A DNA stretch of 61,896 nt from Acidobacteria bacterium 13_1_20CM_2_55_15 (GCA_001920875.1 MNKP01000097.1:1-61896); one strand, 5' to 3'. Counted from the first letter of the stretch, positions 17,780 through 27,472 are shown. A program made the numbers and translations. Notes: generated from the sequence alone by a model not told the origin.

Positions 17780-18754
17780 CTATACCACCACGTTTGTTGG
17801 ACGTCCCGCCAACCAGGCAAAAACATTTTCAATAGCCAGGGCCAGACCTGCTTCGGTGGCTTCAGGAGTAATACCCGCCGAATGAGGACTAAGAACCGTA
17901 TTCGGCAGTGCGAAGAAGGGCGAATCTGGTGGGAGCGGTTCGGTTTCAAATACGTCAAGGCCGGCACCGGCGATGCGATCTGCCCGCAGAACCTCAATGA
18001 GATCGGGTTCGCAAACGATCGGTCCGCGCGCGGTGTTGATAAAAATTGCCGCAGGTTTCATGAGTTCGAAATGTCGGCGCCGGACCATGCCTGCCGTTTC
18101 GGCCGACAGGCGCACGTGCAGGCTGACAACGTCGGACAGGCGGAAGACCTCATCAAAGGATACCCATTCAGCGGCGGAACCGTTGGGATGGAACGTCCAG
18201 GCGATGACATGCATCCCGATTCCCTTCGCAAGTTTCGCGACCTCACGGCCAATCGTACCGGTTCCAATCAAGCCAAGTGTTTTACCTTGAAGTTGGGTGG
18301 CCAAAGCACGAGGCCACTTCCCTTCCCGCACCTCGTGGTCGATGGTCACGGTGCGTTTCGCTACGGCGATGATCAACGAAAGCGTATGCTCAGCCACCGC
18401 GACGGCGGAAACACCCGGTGTATTCGTGACGCCGATGCGGCAGCGTTTTGCGGCTTCAAGGTCGATGTGGTCGGTTCCTGTTCCCCAGATGGAAATTAGA
18501 CGGAGATTTCGCGAGCGGCTCAGGACTTCACCGCTGAAACGCGATGTCGCGCGGATATTGATCACGATTGAGGCATCTCCAATTCGAGTGATCAGATCTT
18601 CAGGTGTTGCCGGCCGGCTGGAGTGCAGTTGGACATCATAAGCCGTCAACTTCTGACGAAAAGCTGCGCTGCGGGCCATGACGGGAGGGTCATCATCAGG
18701 GATGACAATGCGGCATTCTTCTTGATGGCTGCGCCCTGCCAGCGCTTGGCTCAC
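17780..18754 (-). CDS. D-isomer-specific 2-hydroxyacid dehydrogenase (glyoxylate/hydroxypyruvate reductase or PGDH-like)
   Basis: NAD-binding GLIGTGTIGREVA, the catalytic-region blocks FINTARGPIV and LDVFETEPLP, and SPHSAG. Confidence 0.85.
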   Translation of the reverse strand: MSQALAGRSHQEECRIVIPDDDPPVMARSAAFRQKLTAYDVQLHSSRPATPEDLITRIGDASIVINIRATSRFSGEVLSRSRNLRLISIWGTGTDHIDLEAAKRCRIGVTNTPGVSAVAVAEHTLSLIIAVAKRTVTIDHEVREGKWPRALATQLQGKTLGLIGTGTIGREVAKLAKGIGMHVIAWTFHPNGSAAEWVSFDEVFRLSDVVSLHVRLSAETAGMVRRRHFELMKPAAIFINTARGPIVCEPDLIEVLRADRIAGAGLDVFETEPLPPDSPFFALPNTVLSPHSAGITPEATEAGLALAIENVFAWLAGRPTNVVV

Positions 18755-18759
18755 GGCGG

Positions 18760-20304
18760 CTATTTATCCAACCCGTATCGTTTCAGCTTATTGAGGAGTC
18801 CTTGATGACTCAGGCCCAGCATTTTCGCCGCGCGGCGGCGGTCGCTATCTGTTTGAGCCATGGCATCACGGATCATTTGAATCTCGAGCGTCGTGACTCG
18901 ATCCTTTAAAGTTTGTTTCTCGCCGGACTTCATTGCGGATTCCAGTTCCGGGACTGCCAATCTCTCCTCAACGATTGCGTCCGACAAGTCCTCCACTTGG
19001 ATTTCGCGGCCGCTGGTCAGCACGACGGCACGCTTGACTTCATTTTCGAGTTCACGAATGTTACCGGGCCAATGATATGACATCAGTGCCTTCACGGCAT
19101 TTTGCGAGAATCCCTGAATATCCCGTTCCAGGTCTTTCGCATGTTTCCGAAGAAAGTAGGTGGCTAAGAGCGGAATATCCGTTCGAACCTCGCGCAAAGC
19201 GGGCATTCGGATATGGATGACGTTGAGGCGGAAGAAAAGATCCTGACGAAAACGATTTTGCTTAATTTCTTCTTTGAGGTCTTTATTGGTTGCCGCAATT
19301 AGCCGTACATCGACGGGTACGGGCCGGCGCCCGCCGACCCATTCCACTTCACGTTCCTGCAGAACACGAAGAAGTTTTGCCTGAGCTGTCATGCTGAGAT
19401 CACCGATTTCGTCGAGAAACAGCGTTCCGCCATTGGCCGATTCGATCCGGCCAACGCGGCGCTCGACACCGGTCGCCACACCTTTTTCGATGCCGAACAA
19501 TTCGCTTTCAACTAAGGATTCCGGCAAGGCCGCACAGTTTACGGCTACAAAGGGCTTCGACCGGCGCTGACTCTGATAGTGAATGGCGCGCGCCGATAAT
19601 TCTTTGCCGGTACCGTTTTCCCCAGTGACCAAAACGGAGACGGCACTTTCGGCGGTTCTATCGATCATGGAACGAACTTCTTGGATTTTAGAGCTCGTCC
19701 CGACGATGTTCTTGCTGGTAAATCGCTCCTCTACTTCTCGACGCAGATGCAGGTTTAGCTCAAGCAGCTCTTGCCGGCGCCTCTCCAATTCTGATAGCGC
19801 AACGCTATTCTCCAACGCAACGGCTGCCTGGTTTGCCAGCGCTACAAGGAAATGTTCGTCCTCCGTCGTGAACCGCCCTTCGCGCTTGTTGAGGACCTGG
19901 AAAACGCCGATCACCTCTTGCTTTGGATTGCGGAGAGGCACGCTCAGAATGTTGCGAGTATGGAACCCTGTGTGGGAATCGATGGAAGCATAAAAGAGCG
20001 GTGATTTGTACGCGTCTTCAACGATCATCGGTTTTCCAGAAATCAATACGGCGCCGGCAGTACCAAGACGCGAATCGAACCGGATCGTGTCGGACACGCC
20101 AAGAGCGATTTTTGCCCAAAGCTCGTTCTTTTCCTTATCGAGCATAAAAATTGTCGCCCGTTCCGCGTCGACGTGTTTTGTCGCTTCGTCCGCAATGAGC
20201 TTCAGCAGCTGCTCAAAATTTTTTTCGGAATTTAGCCGCCATGAGATATCGATAAGGGCAGTGTACTTATCGAGTATCGAATGCGATTTAATCTCAGCTC
20301 TCAT
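18760..20304 (-). CDS. GAF-domain bacterial enhancer-binding-protein-type (AAA+, Fis HTH) transcriptional regulator
   Basis: Walker A GENGTGKE, Walker B TLFLDEIGD, WPGNIRELEN and a C-terminal Fis-type HTH (AAKMLGLSHQGLLNKLKRYG). The GAFTGA loop reads GVATGV. Confidence 0.85.
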   Translation of the reverse strand: MRAEIKSHSILDKYTALIDISWRLNSEKNFEQLLKLIADEATKHVDAERATIFMLDKEKNELWAKIALGVSDTIRFDSRLGTAGAVLISGKPMIVEDAYKSPLFYASIDSHTGFHTRNILSVPLRNPKQEVIGVFQVLNKREGRFTTEDEHFLVALANQAAVALENSVALSELERRRQELLELNLHLRREVEERFTSKNIVGTSSKIQEVRSMIDRTAESAVSVLVTGENGTGKELSARAIHYQSQRRSKPFVAVNCAALPESLVESELFGIEKGVATGVERRVGRIESANGGTLFLDEIGDLSMTAQAKLLRVLQEREVEWVGGRRPVPVDVRLIAATNKDLKEEIKQNRFRQDLFFRLNVIHIRMPALREVRTDIPLLATYFLRKHAKDLERDIQGFSQNAVKALMSYHWPGNIRELENEVKRAVVLTSGREIQVEDLSDAIVEERLAVPELESAMKSGEKQTLKDRVTTLEIQMIRDAMAQTDSDRRRAAKMLGLSHQGLLNKLKRYGLDK

Positions 20305-20317
20305 ATAATTGCTGCCG

Positions 20318-21055
20318 ATGAAGCAAAAGGCTTTTTCCGCGTTTCCAGACCAGGGCCTTCAATTTCTTCATTCCCTGAAGCGAAATAATAATCGGGATTG
20401 GTTCCATAGCCACAAGAGTATTTACGAACAGTACGTGAAACAGCCGATGACGGAACTTATCGCGGCACTGGCACAGGAATTTCAGAAATTCGCTCCCGAG
20501 ATGCTCGCTTCACCTAAAGTTTCAGCCTATCGTATCTATCGCGACACGCGATTTTCAAAGGATAAATCGCCATATAAAACACACGTAGCAGTCGTGTTTC
20601 CCCGCTCGGGTCTAGGAAAACACGAAGGCGCGGGTCTTTACCTCCACATTTCGACCCAAGAGCTGCTTATTGGCGGCGGCTTGTACATGCCCCTCCCCGA
20701 GGATCTCAATGCGGTGCGGAACCATATTGTAGACCATCCTGACAGATTTTTCGCCATCCTGGAACACGATAGATTCCGCAAAATTTTCGGCAGTCTTGGA
20801 GGAGACCGCCTGCAGCGTGTTCCGCAAGGTTTTCCAGTGGATCATGTCGCCGCGGATTACCTGAAGTATAAGCAATTTCTAGCCGCACGCAACTTCCCTC
20901 CCCGCGTCGCGACAACACCACGTTTTTACAAACTGGTTCTTGAAACCTTCCAAGCGATATTGCCGCTCGTGCGGTTCTTAAACGACCCCATTCTCCGGAC
21001 TCGCCGATTGAAGAAACGGCAAGAAGCGTTTTTGAATTTGGGGGCGGACGTCTAG
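20318..21055 (+). CDS. DUF2461 (TIGR02453) family protein
   Basis: LHSLKRNNNRDWFHSHKSIYEQYVKQPM and YRIYRDTRFSKDKSPYKTH are characteristic of this family. ATG 20318 preferred over the TTG at 20309. Confidence 0.75.
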   Translation: MKQKAFSAFPDQGLQFLHSLKRNNNRDWFHSHKSIYEQYVKQPMTELIAALAQEFQKFAPEMLASPKVSAYRIYRDTRFSKDKSPYKTHVAVVFPRSGLGKHEGAGLYLHISTQELLIGGGLYMPLPEDLNAVRNHIVDHPDRFFAILEHDRFRKIFGSLGGDRLQRVPQGFPVDHVAADYLKYKQFLAARNFPPRVATTPRFYKLVLETFQAILPLVRFLNDPILRTRRLKKRQEAFLNLGADV

Positions 21056-21063
21056 GAAAATTC

Positions 21064-21306
21064 TTATTCCAGCAAAATATCTTCGTCTTCGTATGGTAAG
21101 TCGTCAAAGACGACAACACCTCCTTCATTCATCAGTTGACACACTCGGCAACCGCAGCTGAAGAACTCATCCGGATCGAAGTTGTCGGTGCGCGCACGCA
21201 CCAGATCCGCGGACGGGCGGTCGAGATGAACTAACGTGAATCGGCCTTTCCGCGAGACAACGGCGTTCCTACCGTACATGAAAAAAATCTCTTCGTCAGA
21301 AAACAT
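21064..21306 (-). CDS. Hypothetical small acidic protein (80 aa) with CGCRVC motif
   Basis: ORF only. Balanced, protein-like composition, co-directional with the upstream cupin gene (50-nt gap). No family recognised. Confidence 0.4.
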   Translation of the reverse strand: MFSDEEIFFMYGRNAVVSRKGRFTLVHLDRPSADLVRARTDNFDPDEFFSCGCRVCQLMNEGGVVVFDDLPYEDEDILLE

Positions 21307-21356
21307 CTTGAGGTTTTGGGAAATGGGCAGGCGGGCGACGAAATTATATATTAGGG

Positions 21357-21758
21357 TTATATCAGGCGTCCAAAGTCGTCTTGAAGCCGTTGAATATCGT
21401 CTTCACCGAAATAGGAGCCAGATTGGATCTCGATGAAGACCAACAGCTCTGTTCCAACATTCTCGATCCGGTGCGCGGCTCCAATGGGTATGTCAATGGT
21501 AGCGCCGGCCGCTAGCATCGTTTCCAGACCATCCAACGTCACTTTTGCGGTTCCGCCAACGATCATCCAATGCTCGGAGCGGCGGGCGTGCTTCTGATAG
21601 CTGAGGCGCCTTTGTGGCAGGACTTCGATACGCTTGACCTTGTAGTTTTTAGCTTCATCAAGAATTGTAAAACTGCCCCAGGGGCGCTCTTCACGCACGA
21701 AATAAAAATACATCAAGGGCGGTAAATGCTTGACTGAAAAATGTGCCACTGAGAACAT
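21357..21758 (-). CDS. Cupin, mannose-6-phosphate isomerase type II C-terminal-like
   Basis: ERPWGSFTIL, YKVKRIEVLPQRRLSYQKHARRSEHWMIVGG, IPIGAAHRIEN and GEDDIQRLQDDFGR. Start trimmed to ATG 21758 (alternative 21713). The longer track ORF would overlap the divergent gene. Confidence 0.75.
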   Translation of the reverse strand: MFSVAHFSVKHLPPLMYFYFVREERPWGSFTILDEAKNYKVKRIEVLPQRRLSYQKHARRSEHWMIVGGTAKVTLDGLETMLAAGATIDIPIGAAHRIENVGTELLVFIEIQSGSYFGEDDIQRLQDDFGRLI

Positions 21759-21816
21759 CAACTCTTTGCGCCGGAGGAAACGGAATGCCGAGTAACGGCG
21801 AAACAACGATAAGGTA

Positions 21817-24102
21817 ATGGGAATGCATCTACGCTTCTGGGGAACGCGTGGTTCAATCCCCACACCAGGTCCAAAAACCGCATTCTTTGGCGGCAATACT
21901 TCTTGCGTGGAAGTGCGTACGAAGAGCGGCACCACGCTCGTGCTCGATTGCGGAACAGGGATTCGGCTGCTCGGTTTGGATATGCTGTCCAGACCCGGTC
22001 CGCACCGGATTCATCTCCTGATCGGCCACACGCATTGGGATCACATCCAGGGATTTCCATTCTTCACTCCGGCATTCCTTCCCGGAACGGAATTGAACAT
22101 CTACGGTTCGACTGCATTTCAACACAGTCTCGAAGAATCGCTCTCGGGCCAGATGCAATATTCTTATTTTCCCGTCAAGCTCCAGGATCTCGCCAGCCGC
22201 CTTCATTACACGGAACTGGAAGAAGGTTTCTTCCGGATCGGTGAAGTCCTGGTCGAAACGCAGTACTTGAACCACACGGCTCCGACGATTGCGTATCGAA
22301 TTACCTGTGACGGTGCCACCGTGGCGTACGTCACGGATCATGAGCCCTTTTGGAATTCGCCCGGACCGATATTTCAACACCCCGGTGACCAACGCCACAT
22401 CGAATTCCTGAGGGGAGCGGATCTGGTCATTCATGATGCGCAGTATACGAGCGAGGAATACCGAACGAAATTAGGTTGGGGACATAGTCCTGGCGACTAT
22501 GTAACTGACGTCGCTATGGCCGCCGGCGCGGCCACGGTTGCACTGTTCCACCACGATCCTGCTCACGATGACGAAACCATCAAGCAAATTCAAGAAATAC
22601 AGCGGGCGCGCGCCGCTGCCGCGCGCTCGTCGCTCGAAGTGTTTGCAGCGGCCGAAGGCATGGAATTGGACGTTATCGGCAAAGGATGGGAAAAAGCGGT
22701 TGTTCAAGTCTCTGCTCTTGAACGCCGCCCTGTTTTCGGCCGCCGGGTTTTAATTGTGACCCATCATCGGGCGGATGTTGTCGCGATGGAGCAAGTTTTG
22801 CCGGAGGATGGTCTGGTGCTCACAGCCGTTTCAAATGGGCGAGGTGCCGTGGAAATGGCCCGTGAGGTCCGGCCCGATCTCGTGATTATAAACGGGAAGC
22901 TGACCGACGGTGATAGCGCCAGTTTTATCCAACAACTGCGGACGATATCGGATAAATCGGACCTGCCGATCATTGTGCTCACCGAGGCTAAGAGCGAATC
23001 CGAAATGCTATACAGCGCAGAAAGCACCGCGACGGATTATATGGCTCGACCGTTTGGTCCGCCTATGCTGCGAACTCGCGTTCGCGCTTGGCTCGCTCGC
23101 ACGAGCGGTCCTGCGCTCTTTCCGGAGGAATTGCCGCTGACTTTACGCACGGCCGAAAAAAGCAAAGCAGAACCTGTAAAAGAAGTTGAGTCAGTGGATA
23201 CAAAGCCTGATATGGATATTTTCCTATCGGGTTCACCCTTTGCCGCGCTCACAACGGAGCAGAGAGCGCGGCTGATAGCCCGCGCAAGCGAGCACACTTA
23301 CACGTCCGGCCAGGTCGTGATTCGGCAGGATGACCCCGGCGGGACCGCGTATGCAATTATCTCGGGCCGCGTCCGGATACTTGAGTCTGTGCCCGACAGT
23401 CCGATGGAGATGTTCCTGGGTGAACTCGGACCGGGGGAAATTTTCGGCGAGATCGGGGGGCTACGTTACCGGCCGCGTTCAGCAAGCGTTGTGACGCTGG
23501 AACGAACGCGTTGTCTCTCCATTCCAGCCGAAGACTTCGTGCAAATGCTTCGAGAATCCCCGGAACTGTCGATGGCGCTGCTTCGCGTACTGGCCGGCCG
23601 CTTATACGAGGCCGATCGGCTCCTGGCCAGATATGCGCCCGATCCGCTGACGGGCCTTCCTGGCAGACGGGCCTTTCAGGAAGTCTACCAGCGGCTCACC
23701 GCAGGGGCAAAGCGAAGGCGAGCAAGTGTTGTGTTACTCGTGATTGATGTTTTGCATCTCAAGGACATCAATGACCGTTTTGGTTATTCCGTCGGCAACG
23801 ATGTACTTCGAACAGTTGCGGATGCCCTCATCGAGTCGTCGCGCAGCAGCGATCTTGTCGCTCGGCACGGCGGCGACGAATTCGCGCTTCTCTTGATTGA
23901 AGCTGCCGCCAACGATGCCGAACTTGTTATCAACCGCGTTCAGCAAAAATTACGCCAGTTGGCTATTTACAGAAATCTTCCGCTTACCATCGAATGCCAT
24001 TGCGGCTATGCATTCAGTCAAAACCCGCCCGATGCGCCAGACGAACTTCTCCGCATCGCCGATGAAGATATGCAAGGCAAAGGCTCTGAAAAGGCAAAGT
24101 AG
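21817..24102 (+). CDS. Multidomain signalling protein: MBL-fold hydrolase + degenerate receiver + cNMP-binding + GGDEF diguanylate cyclase
   Basis: HTHWDHIQG (HxHxDH) in residues ~1-275. REC-like region with LIVTHHR / DLVIINGKL / DYMARPF. CAP-type FGEIGG...RSASV. DPLTGLPGRRAF ... RSSD-LVARH-GGDEF (I-site plus active site). Confidence 0.85.
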   Translation: MGMHLRFWGTRGSIPTPGPKTAFFGGNTSCVEVRTKSGTTLVLDCGTGIRLLGLDMLSRPGPHRIHLLIGHTHWDHIQGFPFFTPAFLPGTELNIYGSTAFQHSLEESLSGQMQYSYFPVKLQDLASRLHYTELEEGFFRIGEVLVETQYLNHTAPTIAYRITCDGATVAYVTDHEPFWNSPGPIFQHPGDQRHIEFLRGADLVIHDAQYTSEEYRTKLGWGHSPGDYVTDVAMAAGAATVALFHHDPAHDDETIKQIQEIQRARAAAARSSLEVFAAAEGMELDVIGKGWEKAVVQVSALERRPVFGRRVLIVTHHRADVVAMEQVLPEDGLVLTAVSNGRGAVEMAREVRPDLVIINGKLTDGDSASFIQQLRTISDKSDLPIIVLTEAKSESEMLYSAESTATDYMARPFGPPMLRTRVRAWLARTSGPALFPEELPLTLRTAEKSKAEPVKEVESVDTKPDMDIFLSGSPFAALTTEQRARLIARASEHTYTSGQVVIRQDDPGGTAYAIISGRVRILESVPDSPMEMFLGELGPGEIFGEIGGLRYRPRSASVVTLERTRCLSIPAEDFVQMLRESPELSMALLRVLAGRLYEADRLLARYAPDPLTGLPGRRAFQEVYQRLTAGAKRRRASVVLLVIDVLHLKDINDRFGYSVGNDVLRTVADALIESSRSSDLVARHGGDEFALLLIEAAANDAELVINRVQQKLRQLAIYRNLPLTIECHCGYAFSQNPPDAPDELLRIADEDMQGKGSEKAK

Positions 24103-24138
24103 TTGTAACGTGTCGTTTCGAGCGTAAACTGTTGTGCT

Positions 24139-25257
24139 ATGTCGCTCTCGGCTCGCGATGCATATCAGGCGATTCGTTCGAGTGGTTCTGAATTGGAATC
24201 GCTATTAGAGGCTGCAGCTAATTTGCGTGACCAATTCAAAGGGCGAACCGTCACATATTCCAGAAAAATTTTTCTTCCGATAACGAATCTCTGTCGAGAC
24301 CGGTGCAGCTACTGCACGTTCAGGAAAGATCCAACGGATCCCGATGCGTGGACCATGTCTCCGACGGAAATTGATGATGTTCTTCTTCGCGGGGCCCAAC
24401 AGGGTTGCAAAGAGGCGCTGATGTGTCTCGGTGACAAACCTGAGGCAGCTTTTCCTCAGTACCGCAAAACTCTGACCGAATTGGGCCACCGTACAACAGC
24501 AGAATATGTCGCACGCGCATGCGAAATGGCGATCGAACGAGGCTTTTTGCCACACACGAATGCGGGTGTTCTTTCACTCGACGAAATGAAACTGTTGAGG
24601 CCGCTAAACGCCAGCCTCGGCTTGATGTTGGAAAACGTCAGCGCCCGGCTTTCTGAAAGGGGTATGCCGCACTTTTCCGCACCCGATAAGCTGCCCTCCC
24701 TACGGCTGCGGATGATTCGGGGAGCCGGTGAGCTTTCGATCGCTTTTACCACCGGGATTCTTATCGGAATCGGTGAGACGCTCGAGGAGCGCGTCGATAG
24801 TTTGATCGCAATCCGGCAGTTGCACGAACAATACGGACACATCCAGGAAGTCATCATTCAAAACTTCCGTGCAAAACCGGGCACGCGGATGGAGAGCTTT
24901 GCCGAACCGGACTCCTTCGACGTTGCAAGGACCGTAGCGACGGCCCGTTTAGTCCTGGGCGGGCGTATGAATATCCAGGTTCCGCCGAATCTCAATGCCA
25001 GGGATCATACTTTGCTGCTGCGAGCAGGAATTAACGATTGGGGCGGCATTTCTCCGGTGACTCGAGACTACGTCAATCCTGAAGCCGCCTGGCCTCACGT
25101 GGACAAACTCGCCGAAACGTGTCGTCAAGCCGGATTCACTTTACGCGAGCGGCTGGCAACCTATGACGAATTTCTGGACCGGCCCGGCTTCCTGCCGCCT
25201 CGGCTTCGCGCTGTTGCCGCCGCGCGTCAAAACGAAATAGTACAAGGCGCACTATGA
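24139..25257 (+). CDS. cofG: FO (7,8-didemethyl-8-hydroxy-5-deazariboflavin) synthase subunit CofG, radical SAM
   Basis: PITNLCRDRCSYCTF radical-SAM motif in the CofG-typical context. Followed by cofH with an ATGA overlap. Confidence 0.85.
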   Translation: MSLSARDAYQAIRSSGSELESLLEAAANLRDQFKGRTVTYSRKIFLPITNLCRDRCSYCTFRKDPTDPDAWTMSPTEIDDVLLRGAQQGCKEALMCLGDKPEAAFPQYRKTLTELGHRTTAEYVARACEMAIERGFLPHTNAGVLSLDEMKLLRPLNASLGLMLENVSARLSERGMPHFSAPDKLPSLRLRMIRGAGELSIAFTTGILIGIGETLEERVDSLIAIRQLHEQYGHIQEVIIQNFRAKPGTRMESFAEPDSFDVARTVATARLVLGGRMNIQVPPNLNARDHTLLLRAGINDWGGISPVTRDYVNPEAAWPHVDKLAETCRQAGFTLRERLATYDEFLDRPGFLPPRLRAVAAARQNEIVQGAL

Positions 25258-26498
25258 CAACCTTCAATCTTATTCACGGCGATGTCGGGACAACCCTGAC
25301 GCGCGCTCTTGACGGAGCCGAGATCAGCTGGCAGGAAGCCCTTCGCCTTTGCGAAACGAGCGGAGCGGATTTTCATGCAACTGTGTTTGCAGCCGATGAA
25401 CTAAGGCGCAGGCAGGTCGGCGATTTGGTCACTTACGTGATCAACCGCAATATCAATTTTACCAATGTGTGTGTGAAACACTGCGGCTTTTGCGCATTCA
25501 GCCGGGCCTATCGCAGCGAAGAGGGTTACCTCTTGCCAATGGAAGAAATCATACGCCGCGTTCAGGAGGCGGTTGCTCTGGGGGCAACTGAGGTCTGTAT
25601 GCAAGCCGGTCTGCCTCCCGATATGCAAGGTGCGTTTTATATCGATCTGACGCGCGCCGTTAAGCGCGCTGTACCTGACGTGCATATTCACGCGTTCTCG
25701 CCCGAGGAAGTTTTATATGGCGCCACGCGCTCCGGAGTTTCGATTCTCGATTACCTAAGCGCTCTCAAAGAAGCCGGTCTCGGCTCGTTGCCCGGAACAT
25801 CGGCGGAGATTTTGGATCAGGATGTCCGCGACATCATTTCCCCCGGACGTATTACCGTTAGACAGTGGATTCACGTGATCACGGCCGCGCACAGTCTCGG
25901 TATTCCGACGACCTCCACGATTATGTACGGCCATATGGAATCGCCCATACACTGGGTGAAGCACATGAACCTGCTCAGAGATATCCAGCACGACACTTCC
26001 GGCTTCACCGAATTCGTCCCGCTTTCTATGGTGCATCAAGAGGCGCCCATGTACCACCACAGACTGGTTTCCAATTTGCGGCCCGGACCAAGCGGAACTG
26101 AAGTCGTCAAGATGCATGCGGTGGCCAGGCTCATGCTGGGTGGATCGATCAAAAACATTCAATCATCCTGGGTCAAGGAAGGACCGAAGCTTGCTCAATA
26201 TTTGTTATCCGCCGGTGCAAATGACGTCGGTGGCACACTGATGAACGAAAGTATTTCCACTTCCGCGGGCGCCCAGTACGGGCAGCTCGTCCAGCCGCGG
26301 GAGCTCCGACGTTTTATCCGCGACGCAGGCAGGACCCCTGCACAACGCAACACAAAATATGATGTGTTGCAGGTGTTCGAAGGTGATGTGGATGAGCTGG
26401 GCCCGCTCGACTCGATCGAAGATGCCGACGTCCACTTCGGTTCCTACCGCAAACTGACTGCCTCCAGTGAGTTTCGTTTCGTGAGGAAAAAGAAGTGA
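25254..26498 (+). CDS. cofH: FO synthase subunit CofH, radical SAM
   Basis: INFTNVCVKHCGFCAFSR motif, GATEVCMQAG and GANDVGGTLMNE, typical of CofH/MqnC-like enzymes. Paired with cofG. Confidence 0.85.
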   Translation: MTTFNLIHGDVGTTLTRALDGAEISWQEALRLCETSGADFHATVFAADELRRRQVGDLVTYVINRNINFTNVCVKHCGFCAFSRAYRSEEGYLLPMEEIIRRVQEAVALGATEVCMQAGLPPDMQGAFYIDLTRAVKRAVPDVHIHAFSPEEVLYGATRSGVSILDYLSALKEAGLGSLPGTSAEILDQDVRDIISPGRITVRQWIHVITAAHSLGIPTTSTIMYGHMESPIHWVKHMNLLRDIQHDTSGFTEFVPLSMVHQEAPMYHHRLVSNLRPGPSGTEVVKMHAVARLMLGGSIKNIQSSWVKEGPKLAQYLLSAGANDVGGTLMNESISTSAGAQYGQLVQPRELRRFIRDAGRTPAQRNTKYDVLQVFEGDVDELGPLDSIEDADVHFGSYRKLTASSEFRFVRKKK

Positions 26499-27472
26499 CG
26501 CATGTGGCTCCGCTTTTCACCGAATACGAACAGCAAGTCCTCCGAGAACTCGCACTTCATCGCGTGCAGCCCAACGCCATCCACCGCCTGCTGGAGGGAG
26601 CCGGGCGGCCGATGGCGAAATTGATTAACATCGGGCGAAACTCCAAAAATCGAGCACTCCGCGGACTCGCCGAGCATGTGCACGGCTGGATAGAGGAAGG
26701 TCTCATCAAAACCTTCAGGGCGGCCAATAGACTGGCAAATACCGGGGATATTTCGAAGAAATTCGCGGCGCGCGGCATTCATGTGGAAGACAACTTTGAA
26801 TCCTTGCGATATATGCCGCTCAGCCAACTCGATGCGGTGGCCGATTCCTTTCGATGGGGGAGTTCGTTGTTGCTTGGAGCTGGGGGCGCACTTTTGGGCG
26901 GCGCGACGACAATGGCCGAAGGCATTCCTGGAGCACAATTAGTGATTCCCTCTTTGATACTCACCGATGTCACTTCGTCCATGACCTTGCTGTCGCGCCA
27001 CACGTGCCGGATTGCGACAACCTACGGGTATTCGTCGAGGAATCCGGAGAATCTTCCGCACCTGGTCGCCGCCATGGCCCCACACGCCGACAGCAGTGAT
27101 GAAGGCTATCTGGCATTGAAAACCGCCGTCGTCACATCCATCCGTGAATCCGGCCAGTTCATGGCTCGAACGGCCGGTATGGTCATGGACCGGCAACTGC
27201 TCGAACGCGAGGCTCCCCAGATGATTCGACTCATCACCTACGTCGCCGACCGGCTGGGCATCGTCATTACTCAAAAGGAACTGGGTATTCTCGTTCCCAT
27301 CGTAGGCGCCGTGCTCAACAGCAGTATTAACGTCGCCTTCCAACAGGTCGGGCATCAAACCGCTAAGGACTATTTCCGGCGTGTCATCCTGGAAGACCGC
27401 TACGGCGAAGAACTGGTTTCTTACGCCATACAACAAGAGATCGAAACCCTTCGAAAAGCTTCCCAATCTTGA
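26495..27472 (+). CDS. EcsC-like family protein (tentative)
   Basis: GTG start overlaps the cofH stop (GTGA). A Gly-rich LLLGAGGALLGGATTMAEGIPGAQLVIP segment is followed by IATTYGYSSRNPENL, resembling the EcsC family core as I remember it. Confidence 0.5.
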   Translation: MTHVAPLFTEYEQQVLRELALHRVQPNAIHRLLEGAGRPMAKLINIGRNSKNRALRGLAEHVHGWIEEGLIKTFRAANRLANTGDISKKFAARGIHVEDNFESLRYMPLSQLDAVADSFRWGSSLLLGAGGALLGGATTMAEGIPGAQLVIPSLILTDVTSSMTLLSRHTCRIATTYGYSSRNPENLPHLVAAMAPHADSSDEGYLALKTAVVTSIRESGQFMARTAGMVMDRQLLEREAPQMIRLITYVADRLGIVITQKELGILVPIVGAVLNSSINVAFQQVGHQTAKDYFRRVILEDRYGEELVSYAIQQEIETLRKASQS

